Source: Mustelus asterias
Taxonomy: Eukaryota
Direction of reading: 5' to 3'
Assembly (NCBI RefSeq): GCF_964213995.1
Contig: NC_135814.1
Location: forward strand, 49,662,001-49,726,000
Length of the DNA: 64,000 nucleotides
Program-made: the position numbers and the translations under genes
Shown: one piece after another, positions 11,289 through 22,850 of the stretch
Layout: each line of letters starts with the position of its first letter
Position numbering within the stretch: position 1 is the first letter of the stretch
The notes under the pieces: generated by a model
What the model saw: the letters and a program-made list of their open reading frames with translations, nothing else
What the model was told of the DNA's origin: nothing
The model's database searches: none

Positions 11289-11413
11289 GGCCGGTCATTT
11301 TACGACCTCGCTTGGGCAAGGCTCAAATCCCGCCCGAGGCCAATGGAGAATTCCGTTCTGCGAGCCTCGCCCACCCAGATTCCGGGGCGGATGTACCGGT
11401 AAAATTCAGGCCC
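11289..11413. mobile_element. ~125-bp MITE, Harbinger/Tourist-type TIRs
   Basis: GGCCGGTCATTTTAC...GGTAAAATTCAGGCCC. It is a reverse-complement relative of 60732-60858. Confidence 0.75.
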
Positions 11414-13359
11414 ACGTGTATTAATTTATGATGGTACAAAGAATCAAGGTCAGCATCACTTTAAAGCAAAAAATGTTCATTTTAAAATATTTAAATACTT
11501 CCAGGATTCATTATTTTTGGCTTTAAGCACATTACTGTAAACTCAAAAATGCAGATTGATGTGATTGGGTACGGGTACAAAATTCTAAAAATAAATTTTA
11601 AATGAAAGATAAAATTCTTTTTGCAGCTTGCTCCTGACAATTTTGTTTGAATAATGGAATCTCAGATAAACAATTCTGCTGATACTCCAGCTACTGTTTT
11701 GAAATCAGTTTACCAAACTTGCAGCTCATTTTCTGAAAACACTGAGCTTTACTGAAAACAATACTCTGCAGTCGGAACATTTGAAGAAAGCTTTTCAATT
11801 TGCTGGTTACGAAAGTAAAAAGGTGCAATCATCACATTTGTAAAGTGAACCTGAACTGCCCCTCAAGCATTCTTTTTAACATTTAGAAGTCAAGAGAGTA
11901 CCCATCCAGTTTTACCTTTAAATACGTTGTTTCACCCAACATATGGGCAAGCCTCAACTGTTAATGAGCAGAATTACTTTAATGCAATAACTTCTGAAGG
12001 GTATAGAGGGCTGGTAACTCCGCCTGCTTAAAGATTTAGAGGGAATTGGTTTGTTTCTTCCCTTCCATGCAGTAACTTTTTTGATTTAGAAAATATGTGC
12101 TTATATCACTGGGGGATGTTAATTAATTAATGAGCCAGTATCAAATCAGAGCACTGAATTCCACAGAGTGTAACTCAGAGTACATCAACAACTGGGTTAT
12201 GTTAATTCATCCCCCCAAGGTTGGTTAGGCTCAGCAATTCCGCCAATCAGTTCCTGACATATCATCAGAAGTGACTTCATTAAAAAAAACCATGATATAG
12301 CAACAGAAATGAAAAACAAGAAGATTATTTTAAAGTATAACTGTGACAATATTCATTCAAAGACTCAATATTTTAAAAGTCATTAACTGCGGATCATAGA
12401 TTGTGTACCTGACTTCTGACAGTTGGCAGATAAATGTGAGATAATGAATTTTGGGATTTAGAAAAATTGGTGCTTAAACTTAACAGGTGGGGAGAGACAG
12501 AACCAAGGCCTGAATTTTTCGGATGGTGGGGCTCTCGCTTCCCATCATCCAAAAGTTTCCTCCTGACTCAGCTATTTCACACTAGAATGAGTGTTAAGTG
12601 GCTGCAGGCGAGACTTCGAACCCTCCCCAGGGAGGAAGGCCCACCCTAGAGGGCTGCCAATGAATCTGATTGGCCGGCTATTTGATAATGAAAAAATCTC
12701 TCATTCATAAATCATTTCAAAGTTTTTAAATCTCAAGTGGTTAATCTCTTATAAAAATAAACAAACTTCTATTCAGTAACCTTATTAAAGACAGCTAATC
12801 CTTTAATAGCCTCTTAAGCTTTGGATCAAACTGTGAACGCTGAAACCCCACTGAGATAACTGTAGCTTCTGAAACTCAGCCAACCATTCAAAATGACATA
12901 ATGATAGCCCTTGGTGAAATGTCAACCAAGAGTTCTATTCAAACTGCAAAACCAGATGGTACTTTTTTTCTAACCCACACCTTTCAATCAAAGCAGCCCA
13001 GCAAAAGGTTTTTTACAGTCTCACTGACAGTTGCAGTTTTCTTCTTTAAGATTAAAAAGCAAGACATTTTTTTTCAAATCCAGATCATGACAATTACACA
13101 GACTCCATCTGCCATTTAAGTGTGTTTATGTCTACTCCATCAACCCTTGACTACCACATGGTAGATTAAGCCCCTTGGACCAGCCAAAATGGCACCCTCA
13201 GTATCCTGTCCCTGACTGGCCATCAATATGCAGGTCCTGCCCATTATTTTTAAGTCCATGGCTTTTTCACATGAAAATCCACTCTGAAGGTCAGGAATTT
13301 CACAGGGAGAGTGGAGTTGTCATAGAATTCTGCAGTTAAATCCTTTGTAGGGACATCAA

Positions 13360-13655
13360 GGCGGTGGCACATGATCAGCACTGCTCCATCACTGCGCCAG
13401 GTTCAATTCCCAGTTTGGGTCACTGTCTGTGCAGAGTCTGCACATTCTCCCGTATCTGCGTGGGTTTCCTCCGGGTGCTCCAGTTTCCTCCCACAGTCCA
13501 AAAGATATGCTGGTTAGGTGGATTGGCCATGCTAAATTTTCTCTCAGTGTACCCGAACAGGAACCAGAGTGTGGCGACTAGGGGATTTTCACAGTAACTT
13601 CATTGCAGTGTTAATGTAAGCCCCCTACTTATGACACTAATAAATAAACTTTAAA
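13360..13655 (+). mobile_element. V-SINE with alternative tail
   Basis: V-domain followed by GTGTGGCGACTAGGGGATTTTCACAGTAACTTCATTGCAGTGTTAATGTAAG...TGACACTAATAAATAAACTTT. Confidence 0.9.
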
Positions 13656-14179
13656 CAAAGAAATAAAAATCACTTTTTTTACAGCTCCATTCCACTATGC
13701 ATTTAATGTAGCGTTTAGGAAGGTCACCTCTAAACAGGTGCAGGTGCCAGGTAGGTCTTGAGCAAACAACTAATAAAAGAAAAGAAGTCCATTCTACCTG
13801 GTTTAGCATATCATACTCAAGTAGTTAAACAGTAATAGCAGTTGCAAGCTTTTTGTTTCATGGTCGTTTAAAGTTCATATTTTCCCATAGAGATATCTAA
13901 TAACGCCATGGGAAAATGAAAGCAAATGACTTTGTCCCAGAATTGGTTACAATGTTATCATTCAGTTTGATGCATTTACACATTAAGGAATGACTCATGT
14001 GTACTAATTATAAGTAAATAAAACATGGAACACCATTATAAACCAGCTCTCAATTTTTTTTCACAGCTAACCCATCCTTTGTCTAGCTTCCCTAGCCAAT
14101 TCCAAATCAAATGGCACGTTTTGCTCAGCCTTAAATGCACTCTGGCAAAAGGAAAGCACTTTGCCGCCAATAAAGTACA

Positions 14180-14562
14180 TCTGAAGCGTTGTCACTGCTG
14201 TAATGTAGGAAATTCAGCAATCAATTGGCACATAGAAAGCTCCCACAAACCGCAATTTGGTAATGGCCAGATAGTCCATTCCAGTAGTGTTGATTCAGGG
14301 ATAAATTTTGGCCATGATACCAGGGATAAATCATTGCTCTTCTCTGAAATAGTGCCATGAGACCTTTTCGGTCCTGCGACGGTAGACAAGGCCTTTGTTT
14401 TAATATCTCATCCAAACGACGACACCTCCAACAGTGCAGCACTCCCTCAGTACTGTCCTGGAGTGTCAGCCTTGATTTTCTTTTCCCTCACGCCTAGGGA
14501 GTGGGTTCTGACAGAACCATCTGGCACAGAAGCGAGAACGCTACCGACTGAGCCACAGCTGT
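14180..14562 (-). mobile_element. DeuSINE (SacSINE1/AmnSINE1-like Deu domain)
   Basis: Minus strand has a tRNA head (TGGCTCAGTCGGTAGC) then GAGGGAGTGCTGCACTGTTGGAGGTGTCGTC...GGATGAGATATTAAA...CATGGCACTATTTCAGAGAAGAGCA, which I recognise as the Deu domain. Confidence 0.75.
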
Positions 14563-15169
14563 CGCTCTCAAGAAAGCTGGCAGACTGTACATTCCATTTG
14601 CCTTGAACAAGACTCTCCCCACCCACCTATGAAATTCTTCACAAACAGATCATTCTGGCTCCCTCCCCATTGGGAAGTGCCCAGCATGGACCTGGAGATG
14701 ATCTGCCTTCTGCCTCGTACTAATGCTACTAATGAATTAGCTGCTAAAAGGTATGATTGTAATGGATTAACCCATCCTCCAAGTTTCCAATCTTAGCAGT
14801 AACTTGGAGCTACAACAATTTGGATGAGAAAAGGGAATCTCAGGCACAAAGCTTTGCTACAATATGCTTATTATGTCAACACACTGGTCACTTAAAAATG
14901 GTCATTCTTAAATTGAATGCTCTCAAAAGATTATGGCATGTGCTTTATTTTAACACCGAGAAGCTGACCAAAAAGTACAATATTCCATTTTTAGCAAATG
15001 TAAATTTAGAGCCAGAAATTATAGTATTCAATGTTCTTTTTTAGAAATTGACTTAATATACCAATTGGCAACTCTTTTAAGGATACACAAATAGCAAGAA
15101 CTTAATTCAAAACACTGGAAGCCTGAATACAATTTAAAGGCTTTAGTGTAAGAGCTCTGCATTCTCAAG

Positions 15170-15350
15170 ATTTTGATTTGATTTATCATTGTCGCATGTA
15201 TTGGTATACAGTAAAAAGTATTATTTCTTGCGCACTATACAGACAAAAGCATACCGCTCATCGATAAGGAAAAGAGAGAATGCAGAATGTAGTGTTACAG
15301 TCATAGCTAGGGTGTAGAGAAAGATCAACTTAATGGGAGGTAAGTCCATG
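15170..15350 (-). mobile_element. Rex1/Babar LINE 3' UTR fragment
   Basis: Close match to 36205-36385. Ends in ATCAAATCAAAA on the minus strand. Confidence 0.8.
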
Positions 15351-15769
15351 CGAATTAAAGCATTGTTAGAAAGTTTAAAAGAGTTAGAATGAAGTTTTAG
15401 AAACAGAGAATGAGAATAAAAGATAGAATTAGAAGGTATGCTGGGCACAGCTTGCAAGAAATCGTCTCGCTCTAGTGCCATCTTGAGAAAAGAAGAGTTC
15501 TGTTGTGATCTGATCAATGTCTATAAACTGTTCCCAGATGACCAGTGGAAACATAACCGATGGGTCAATAGTAGTCTGATATTAAAGCCCAAAGTTAATC
15601 CTATTTTTTAAAATCAGGTCAGTTGAAAAGCAATCTGCTGTGACTTGACCAATAATTCATCATTTTGCGAAATGGGCAGCAGAGAAAAACTTCTTGGTGG
15701 CAAAACAAATCGAGGTAAATAGTAAAATACAAAGTTTTTGACTTGCATATACAAGCTCATGGCGACAAG

Positions 15770-16703
15770 GGGGCCGATTTTACCAAATCGGGACTAAGTG
15801 CCAGGTCCGGTCGTCAAGTGGATCCACGCCGGGCAGCCGCGCTCCAGCGCGCCCATACGCCTTTTTTCCGCGCCGATCTATTGGGCGGGGCGTAGCGCTG
15901 TTGGAGCAGCCGGAGCTCCAACTGCACATGCGCAGTTCAGAACAGACCGCAGGCAGCGCGCCCGGGCGCGAATGGCAAAGCAGCTCAGACAGCAGAGAGG
16001 ATGAAAGGAATTCCCTTTGGAGGATAATGTCCACGTTATAATCACAGGAACTAAAAACCTGACAGTCCAAAATCTGGGATAATATTGCAGGACAGGGATG
16101 GGGAGATATACATTTTGAAATATTATCCCAGATTTTGGACTTACGTCACTCCCCTTCTCCATTCCCCCCCCTTCCCAAGGAAAGGCAGAGCAAGGCCAGG
16201 AACGTGCAGGAGGCTGTCGACGGACTGCAGATCGGAAGGATGGTGGAGGGAGACCAGCGATCAAGTTAGGTCGGGGGTGTGCCTCCCAGGGGGGTCCGAT
16301 CCCGGGGGGGTGCTGCTGGGGTGGTTCACGGGGCGGGGGGGGTGCGGTCTGCGAAGGATGGTTGGGGGGGGGGGGATTGGCTTCGGCGGTTCCCCTGCTG
16401 AATTGGAGTCCCATTTGGATTTTTATTTAGCAGGTCAGTTAATGCGCGGACGCAAAATGGGCCGCAACCTGGTAAAGTCGGATTCGTCGGTAAAGTTGGG
16501 CGCGAGCTTCATTAAGTCGATTTAAATGCATGCAAATACATTTAAATCGTCGCGCCGGCCAATTCGGGCACGCGCCGGACCCGCGCCCGGATCGGGACTC
16601 GGTAAAGACGCGATCTGCCATGAGTCGGGTGCAGATCGCGTTTTAGGCCCGATGCCCAACTTTACCGCAATTACGCGCCTGAAATTTTGCTAAAATCGAG
16701 CCC
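15770..16703. mobile_element. 934-bp CpG-rich non-autonomous PIF/Harbinger-type DNA transposon
   Basis: TIRs GGGGCCGATTTTACC and GCTAAAATCGAGCCC (12/15 match), with the 3-bp TSD AAG at 15767-15769 and 16704-16706. Both subterminal regions are related to 25023-27173 in inverted orientation. Confidence 0.85.
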
Positions 16704-18299
16704 AAGAACTTACTCCTTACTGTAGATTTAAATGCAAGTCTTCTGGGACTATATCGAACAGCGCACCACAAGTCTTTTATTTGCAATCTTGGTGATGCAA
16801 TGCTTATTAATTTATTCATTTTAAACTACATTCTCATCTAGCCTCTCTTTCTTAATTCACACACATACATCGAAAGGTTATGGAATTCAGATTGAATCGC
16901 TCCACTACTTAAGCTCGACCTAATCAGATATTCATATGACTTGATTAGTGTAAGCCTCCATAAACAAGCACTAACTCGAGTTGATTTGACATATTACTCC
17001 CATTGAAAGAAAAAGGATATTCCTCTGAAATTTACTTCCAGTTGCTTGTGGATTGTAGCTGTATCTTCAAACACTCTACTCAATCTAGCTTGAACATTTC
17101 CCTTTGCTTCACATGATCAATTCCTCTTGAGGTTTTAAAAAAAAGTTGAATCTTTTCTCCCCTCAATTCTTTATCCTACAAATTAAGACAAATCACCGTT
17201 GCAGTTTTTTTTTCATTGAAACGTACCCCAACAAAATGTCCTTTGTTGTCGGGGTGTTTGAAGCAGCATACGCTATTCCAAGCAGCATATGTTATTCCAT
17301 ATATGGTCTTGTCAATGATCAACACAAATTTAAAACAGCTTATTTCAATTTGAAGTCCTAATATTAGCTCCAAACTGATTGAAAACTTTCAGTGAATCAT
17401 CAATAATTATATCCAAGTTCCTTCCCTTTTCCACACTGGCTGCCAGGCACCTATCCATTTTGTAAAGTTAAATTTATTAACAATGAAATCCATCTGCCTT
17501 TCTTTAACTCTTTCACTGGGCTAATCCAGATTTCTCTGAATGTTATCACTCATACACAACAGCTTGGTGCTATAATATATTACAGAAAATTATAGGGATC
17601 CTCCTTCATCACATTGAGAGTAGGGGGACTCAAAACAGATGCTCCACCGATGCCATCCAATTACAGCTTCTTCCACTTTCCAATGCTCATTTGGTTTCCA
17701 TTGCAATAAGTTAATTTGCCAGTAAAGCGTTCATGTACAATATGATTATTACATTTCCATTAGTCAGTTCAGCAGCAATGATGAGGATGAATGAATTCAC
17801 TCCACTGTTTTTGGTTCGGAACCAGCCTGTCAGCTTCAAACATATGTCCCTTTCAATGACAAGTCACCCTTGACACCATCTGTCCAGCATTTCCTGGGTA
17901 TTCCTCGGCTTCTTGTTCCTTGTACCTCCGTAGAGAGGGTCATGAAAGGTACAGACAGTTCTCATTCATGAAACATAACCAAACCATCAGTCATCTTTCT
18001 TGGGTCTTCTGCATGAGCTTTATCTCTGTCCGAGTTTCTAGTACAGTACATAACAGACATTTACAAACAATTTTGGACGGTATTTTTGCTTATTCTGGAA
18101 ATCATTTCCAGGAAATAACTAAAATTCAAAACAATCCATCATCAGTTTTTCCTCATATGCGTTATTCCTTCCTCTCTTAAAGGTACTGTCTCCTTTCTAG
18201 AGATTGTAACCTGGCAGAGACCAAGGTGCCCAGGGCCAGGAGACTTTTTCATACCAAACACCCAGCAACTTATCTGCCCAATACCCTCTCAAATTATGA

Positions 18300-18630
18300 G
18301 GAACATTTTTGTTGCCCATCCCTAATTGCCCTTGAACGGAGTAGCTTGCCAGGCCATTTCAGAGTCAACCACATTGCTGTGGATCTGGAGTCACATGTAG
18401 GCCAGACTAGGTAAGGACGGCAGATTTCCTCCCCTGCAGAAACCAGACAGGTTTTTATGACAATTGACAATGGCTTCATGGTCATCATTCGACTTTGACT
18501 TCCAGATTTTTATTGAATTCAAATGTCACCATTTGCCGTGGTGGGATTTGAACCTGGGTCCCCAGAGCATTACCCTGGGGCTCTGGGTTACGAACACAGT
18601 GACAACACCATTACACCACCACATCCCCAT
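18300..18630 (-). mobile_element. tRNA-SINE family B, near full length
   Basis: B-box GGTTCAAATCCC on the minus strand, body shared with 8685-8823 and 53405-53570, tail shared with the LINE end at 11140-11170. Confidence 0.85.
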
Positions 18631-19269
18631 AATGGTCTGTGGCACAAGGTAGCAGAAGGGGAGGATAAATCTAGAAAAGTGTCTTAACTGGAAAAATAAA
18701 TACGCCAACTGTAAAGTTTACCCAAATGTATTTTCAAATATCTTACTCTAGAGATTTAAACAGGAACAAATTATCTCAGAAGGAATTTGACTATCATGCG
18801 CACAGGACAAAAATAGAAAAAGTCAAAAGAAATTCTAACACTTGAGTTTTATGCTTAACTTGCTAAGAACGTAGCTGTTTTGACCTTTAGCAGTGGTCTT
18901 CATTCTGGAATGTGCTTGCAATGCTTTGGTCACATTATCCCACCTCAAATATGCTGCAGCCATCAAGGTTCAAGTCCTTACAACATTCAGCAAGAAAAAC
19001 AAAGCTATTGCTCATATGTAGAGACTTTCCTTATTGATGGCAGCAGAAAATGAAACAAATCATTAGCTGCTGCCACAGAGGCACACCCACAATCTACAGA
19101 AATTAACAGAAAACAGACTCTCTTACAGGAGGCAAGATGATCAATCTCAAACCGCACTTACAGTGAGTTGCAAGCACTGTAACCCATAGCTAGAGCAATT
19201 CGTACAGCCTGACTGAAACATATACTGACCCATTCATACATCTATAGCTGCATGCAATTATGTCACTTA

Positions 19270-19400
19270 ATGAGAACTCTCCTACTATGAAGTGCGCCAA
19301 AGGATCTTTCACATCCAGATGAGAGAGTAGTCCGGGCTTCAATAATGTTGCACCTCAATACCGTTCCCTCAGTACGGCACTGAGGCTGTCACTGCAGAAG
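19270..19400 (-). mobile_element. DeuSINE fragment
   Basis: GTGCGCCAAAGGATCTTTCACATCCA...TTCCCTCAGTACGGCACTG parallels 14350-14465. Confidence 0.5.
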
Positions 19401-19639
19401 AGGGTCAGTGATCTAAAGGGAACTGGCCATTTGGTAAGAGGGTGTCCTTGGCCAAAGGGAGAGTATACACTCAGCGTTGTGCTTTGAACAGGGTTTACAC
19501 CTCTGAATACCGCAGGGCAGACGAGCAGGGGGCAAAACTGCCAAGAACAACTGTCCTGGCACCTGCCCAGAGAGAAGGTTCCAGCTTGCAGTGGGGGCAC
19601 GACTCAGATTTTGGAGATTGGGGCAACATGCTTTATGTG

Positions 19640-21100
19640 AAGGGCAAAGTCCCAGGCATCAGGAAGGCATGAGAGGGGAAACAAGGGCATGTAGGCAGCA
19701 TAGGCCAACCCTTCAACATGGGATTCAGTGTCACAAAATGATAGGATGCTATTAAAAATAACTTCTTTACAACTTTTTTTGCAAGTAAAATCAAACTGCC
19801 ATGTACTTTTAAACCCTGTATAGGCAGCAATTATGAGAAAGGAATGAATAGGGAACAGGGTGTTCTTTGCAATTGATACAATCAGTCGTCAGAGTGCTGT
19901 GAACCAGGAAGCAATTTAGACACAGATGAGGTGCTGAAGAGGCAGCAGCAAGAGAGAGAGAGGGGCAGCCATCCACAGGAGCCAGTTCAGCCAGAAAATA
20001 GGGGCTGAACTCAGCAGAAGAGTGGGAGAGGGGAGCAACCATCCTCAAGAACCAGCTCAGCTAAAGCCAATTTGTGCAAAAGATAGTTTTCTTTGCTGAA
20101 CTGAAGACTATTCCCAAATCCTGGTCACTTTAGCTATAAGTGTGGTAATCACTGGCTAGATTTGACCAATAGGTTTATGGTTGTTGTTTGGGGAAACAGA
20201 TACCTTTGAGTTTTCAGTCTTTAAGGAGCTAAAGTGCTTACTATTACTTTGCTGAAGAATAAGATTACTCTTTGTAGTATTTTATTATCTTTCTTGTACC
20301 TCAGTAAACACTTTTATTTTTCTGGTTGACGAAAGAGAGGTCTGAGTTCCCACTGTTTCCACAAATGTTTCTCACTAATATCCAAAAAAAAAACCAGTGT
20401 TTCAGGTTGGAACACACACGCACATAACACCAGAGGGGTTTCGTAACAGCTGCCAAAGACTGCTATTTGGAGATGACCAAGAACCAGGGCAGCAGGAGGC
20501 TGCAATTCTCCAGGCAAATGAGCACTAACATCCGCACAGTCATCGCCAAAACCTTCATACATTGCAGTAGAAGTTTCTACGCCCTGCCAGTTGCTGTCAA
20601 TGGCTTGCCCCCTGCTCTTTGTTTCTGATTCTTTTCAAAGATCAGCTGCGGACCTTAGTAGCATCTCACAAAAGGCTGTACACCACTGTGTCCCACAGGT
20701 CATTGATGCCCTCTTAGCCAGAGTTGGACTTCCAATTCACTTAACAGACATTGCTCCACAGGGACAGTGGTCATCTGGTCTTGTGGTCATCGCTCGATTC
20801 TCCTAAGGAAAGGGTATCATCGATTGCGCCCACGTGGCCATCATGGTAACTAATGACCAGTCAGTAAAATCTATCAATAGGAAGCGCTTCCAATCCCCCA
20901 ACTGATCTGTGATCATAACAAGAGCTTCCTCCTTGCATACACTCACTTTCCCAGTAGATACCATGACTTATTCATTCTCCTGCAGTCCAGGCTGTCTCAG
21001 ATCTTTACTCCAACCCCTTAAGTGAGCTAATAGCTCTTAGGGGACAAAGGGAATCCTTTGAAGAGATGGCTACTAACCGCTCTGTGGGAGCTCCAAACAG
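19640..21100 (+). pseudogene. PIF/Harbinger (HARBI1-like) DDE transposase fossil, interrupted at 19729-20448
   Basis: Collinear motifs across frameshifts: CYLEMTKNQGSRRLQFSR (20461), SDSFQRSAADLSSISQKAVHHCVPQVIDAL (~20625), GIIDCAHVAI (20813), INRK (~20873), HDLFILLQS (20962) and LLGDKGNPLKRWLLT (~21034). These correspond to the family's SGSFQ, G.IDCTH, NRKG, HDS and GD.GYPL motifs. Confidence 0.85.
19729..20448 (+). mobile_element. Probable solo LTR (720 bp) inserted in the Harbinger transposase
   Basis: Starts TGTCACAAAA and ends TTTCGTAACA (TG...CA, 8/10 inverted match), with a GA-rich middle and AGTAAA at ~20303. Transposase-like sequence lies on both sides. No clean TSD. Confidence 0.55.
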
Positions 21101-21884
21101 AGGCTTACCTGTAACGTCTCACCTTCCTCTAGTGAAGTGGAAGACTTTGACACAATATGTAGATCTCTTCCCTCAAGACAATTAGATGGCTGCAAGTGGA
21201 ATGTACGAAAAGGAGTTCACCTATTCTCTGGCCTCCCGCCATTTCCATCCTCCACTGGGCTCCAAGTGGACATAAACCACTTCTGCATATCAATTAAGAG
21301 ATTCCCCTTGTGAAAATTTGAACTGGAATCAATTTTTCCCCACAGGCAGGTTTCTGACCAAAACACAAACCCAGTTCCTGTTTCCCACCTCCAAGGTGAA
21401 AATGTACCCCCATAGTGTCTCCAAATTATTTAAGTCTTTTGCCAATGATGTTCCCAGGAACAATCTCACCCCCCCCCAAAAAAAAAAGTGTAAAGTACAA
21501 AGGGAAGGGGAAAGGCAAGGGATTGTAAATTTGAGGTGGAGTTTCTCCCGTTAGCTCCAACACTAAAGAGCCCAAAGTGAGCCATTTTAACGCTCCCATG
21601 TTTAGAATTGAGAAATGATTAGAAGTTAGAAATAAGCAGCCTTATCCTGGGATCTAAAAGCACAAACCAACAGGAGAAAGACAGTTTAGTAGGTGCATCA
21701 CTCATTTAGGTTTCTGAAATTGAATATTTGGTAAACCTCGTTCATCTGTGAAGCATAGAAATCGGACCATTAGACAAAGCATGCCGATTGACTCAATGTC
21801 CTTTTTTGCACTTAATGACTCCCTAAATATTACACATCACTACTGTTCCTCAGGGGGTTGTACCTCTACTGGATAATCACTGTA

Positions 21885-22053
21885 GGCATCAGGTTAGGTG
21901 GATTGGCCATGCTAAATTGCCCCTTAGTATCAGGGGGCTTGCTAGGGTAAATGCATGGGGGTTATAGGGATAGGGCCTGGGTGGGATTGCGATCGGTGCA
22001 GACTCGATGGGCCGAATTGCCTCCTTCTGCACTGTAGGATTCTATGATCTATG
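21885..22053 (+). mobile_element. 5'-truncated HE1 V-SINE
   Basis: AGGTTAGGTGGATTGGCCATGCTAAATTGCCCCTTAG...GGATTCTATGATCTATGA. Confidence 0.9.
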
Positions 22054-22349
22054 ACCTCCCCTCTATTAAAACCTTTCAACTTGCGCTCTACTCTACTCTG
22101 CTCATCTTTTCTTCTCTTGAACCATTGTGCATGTATTCTTATTGCCTATGCATCACCCTGGCAAGCACTTAAGCTGCCCACTCGGTCCCTCACTTTTAGT
22201 TTGGGCTCCTGAGGCTCCTCCCATGCTCCCTCTCTTATGTGAATCACTTTTAGCACATCACATCCAACAGCTGCCAGTATCCACTCAGTTGGTGCCAGTT
22301 ATCTAGCTCTGAAAATTAAGCCTGTCCTCCATTTCAATTCTTGGGATTT

Positions 22350-22850
22350 GCAGAATCACAGAATTGTTACGGCGTAGGAGGCCATTCGGCCCATTACACT
22401 GGCTCTCCAAAGAGCAACAGAGCTTTGTGCCATTCCCTTGTCTTTTTCCCCATACCCCTGTACATTGTGTCTATTCAAACAATCATCTAATTCCCTCTTG
22501 AATGTCTCAATTCAACCTACCTCCATCTCTAACCATCACATTCCCTCTTGAATATCTCCATTGAACCTGCCTCCACCTCACTTCCAGGCAGAGCAGCATT
22601 CGAGACCCAAACCACTCATATTGTGAAAAACTTTTTTTCTCACATCCTATTTGCTTTTTTTGCAACTCACCTTAAATTTGTGCCCTCTCATTCTTGATCC
22701 TTGTATGAGCGGGATCTGTTTCTCCTCATTTAGTCTATCCAGCCCCTCATGATTTTGAACATCTCTATCAAATCTCCTCAGCCTTCTTCTCTCCAAGGAG
22801 AACTGTCCCAATCTCTCCAATCTTTCCTCATAAATTCCCTGTCTTCTCCA
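22350..22850 (-). mobile_element. CR1 3' fragment containing a ~50-bp tandem duplication
   Basis: CAGAATCACAGAAT tail, GGCCATTCGGCCCAT stem and CTTCTCTCCAAGGAGAA (FSLERR). TTCCCTCTTGAAT... is repeated at 22491 and 22541. Confidence 0.85.

Noticed and set aside
20449-21100. Domesticated HARBI1 gene
   Set aside because: Multiple stops and frameshifts plus an LTR-like insertion indicate a decayed transposon.
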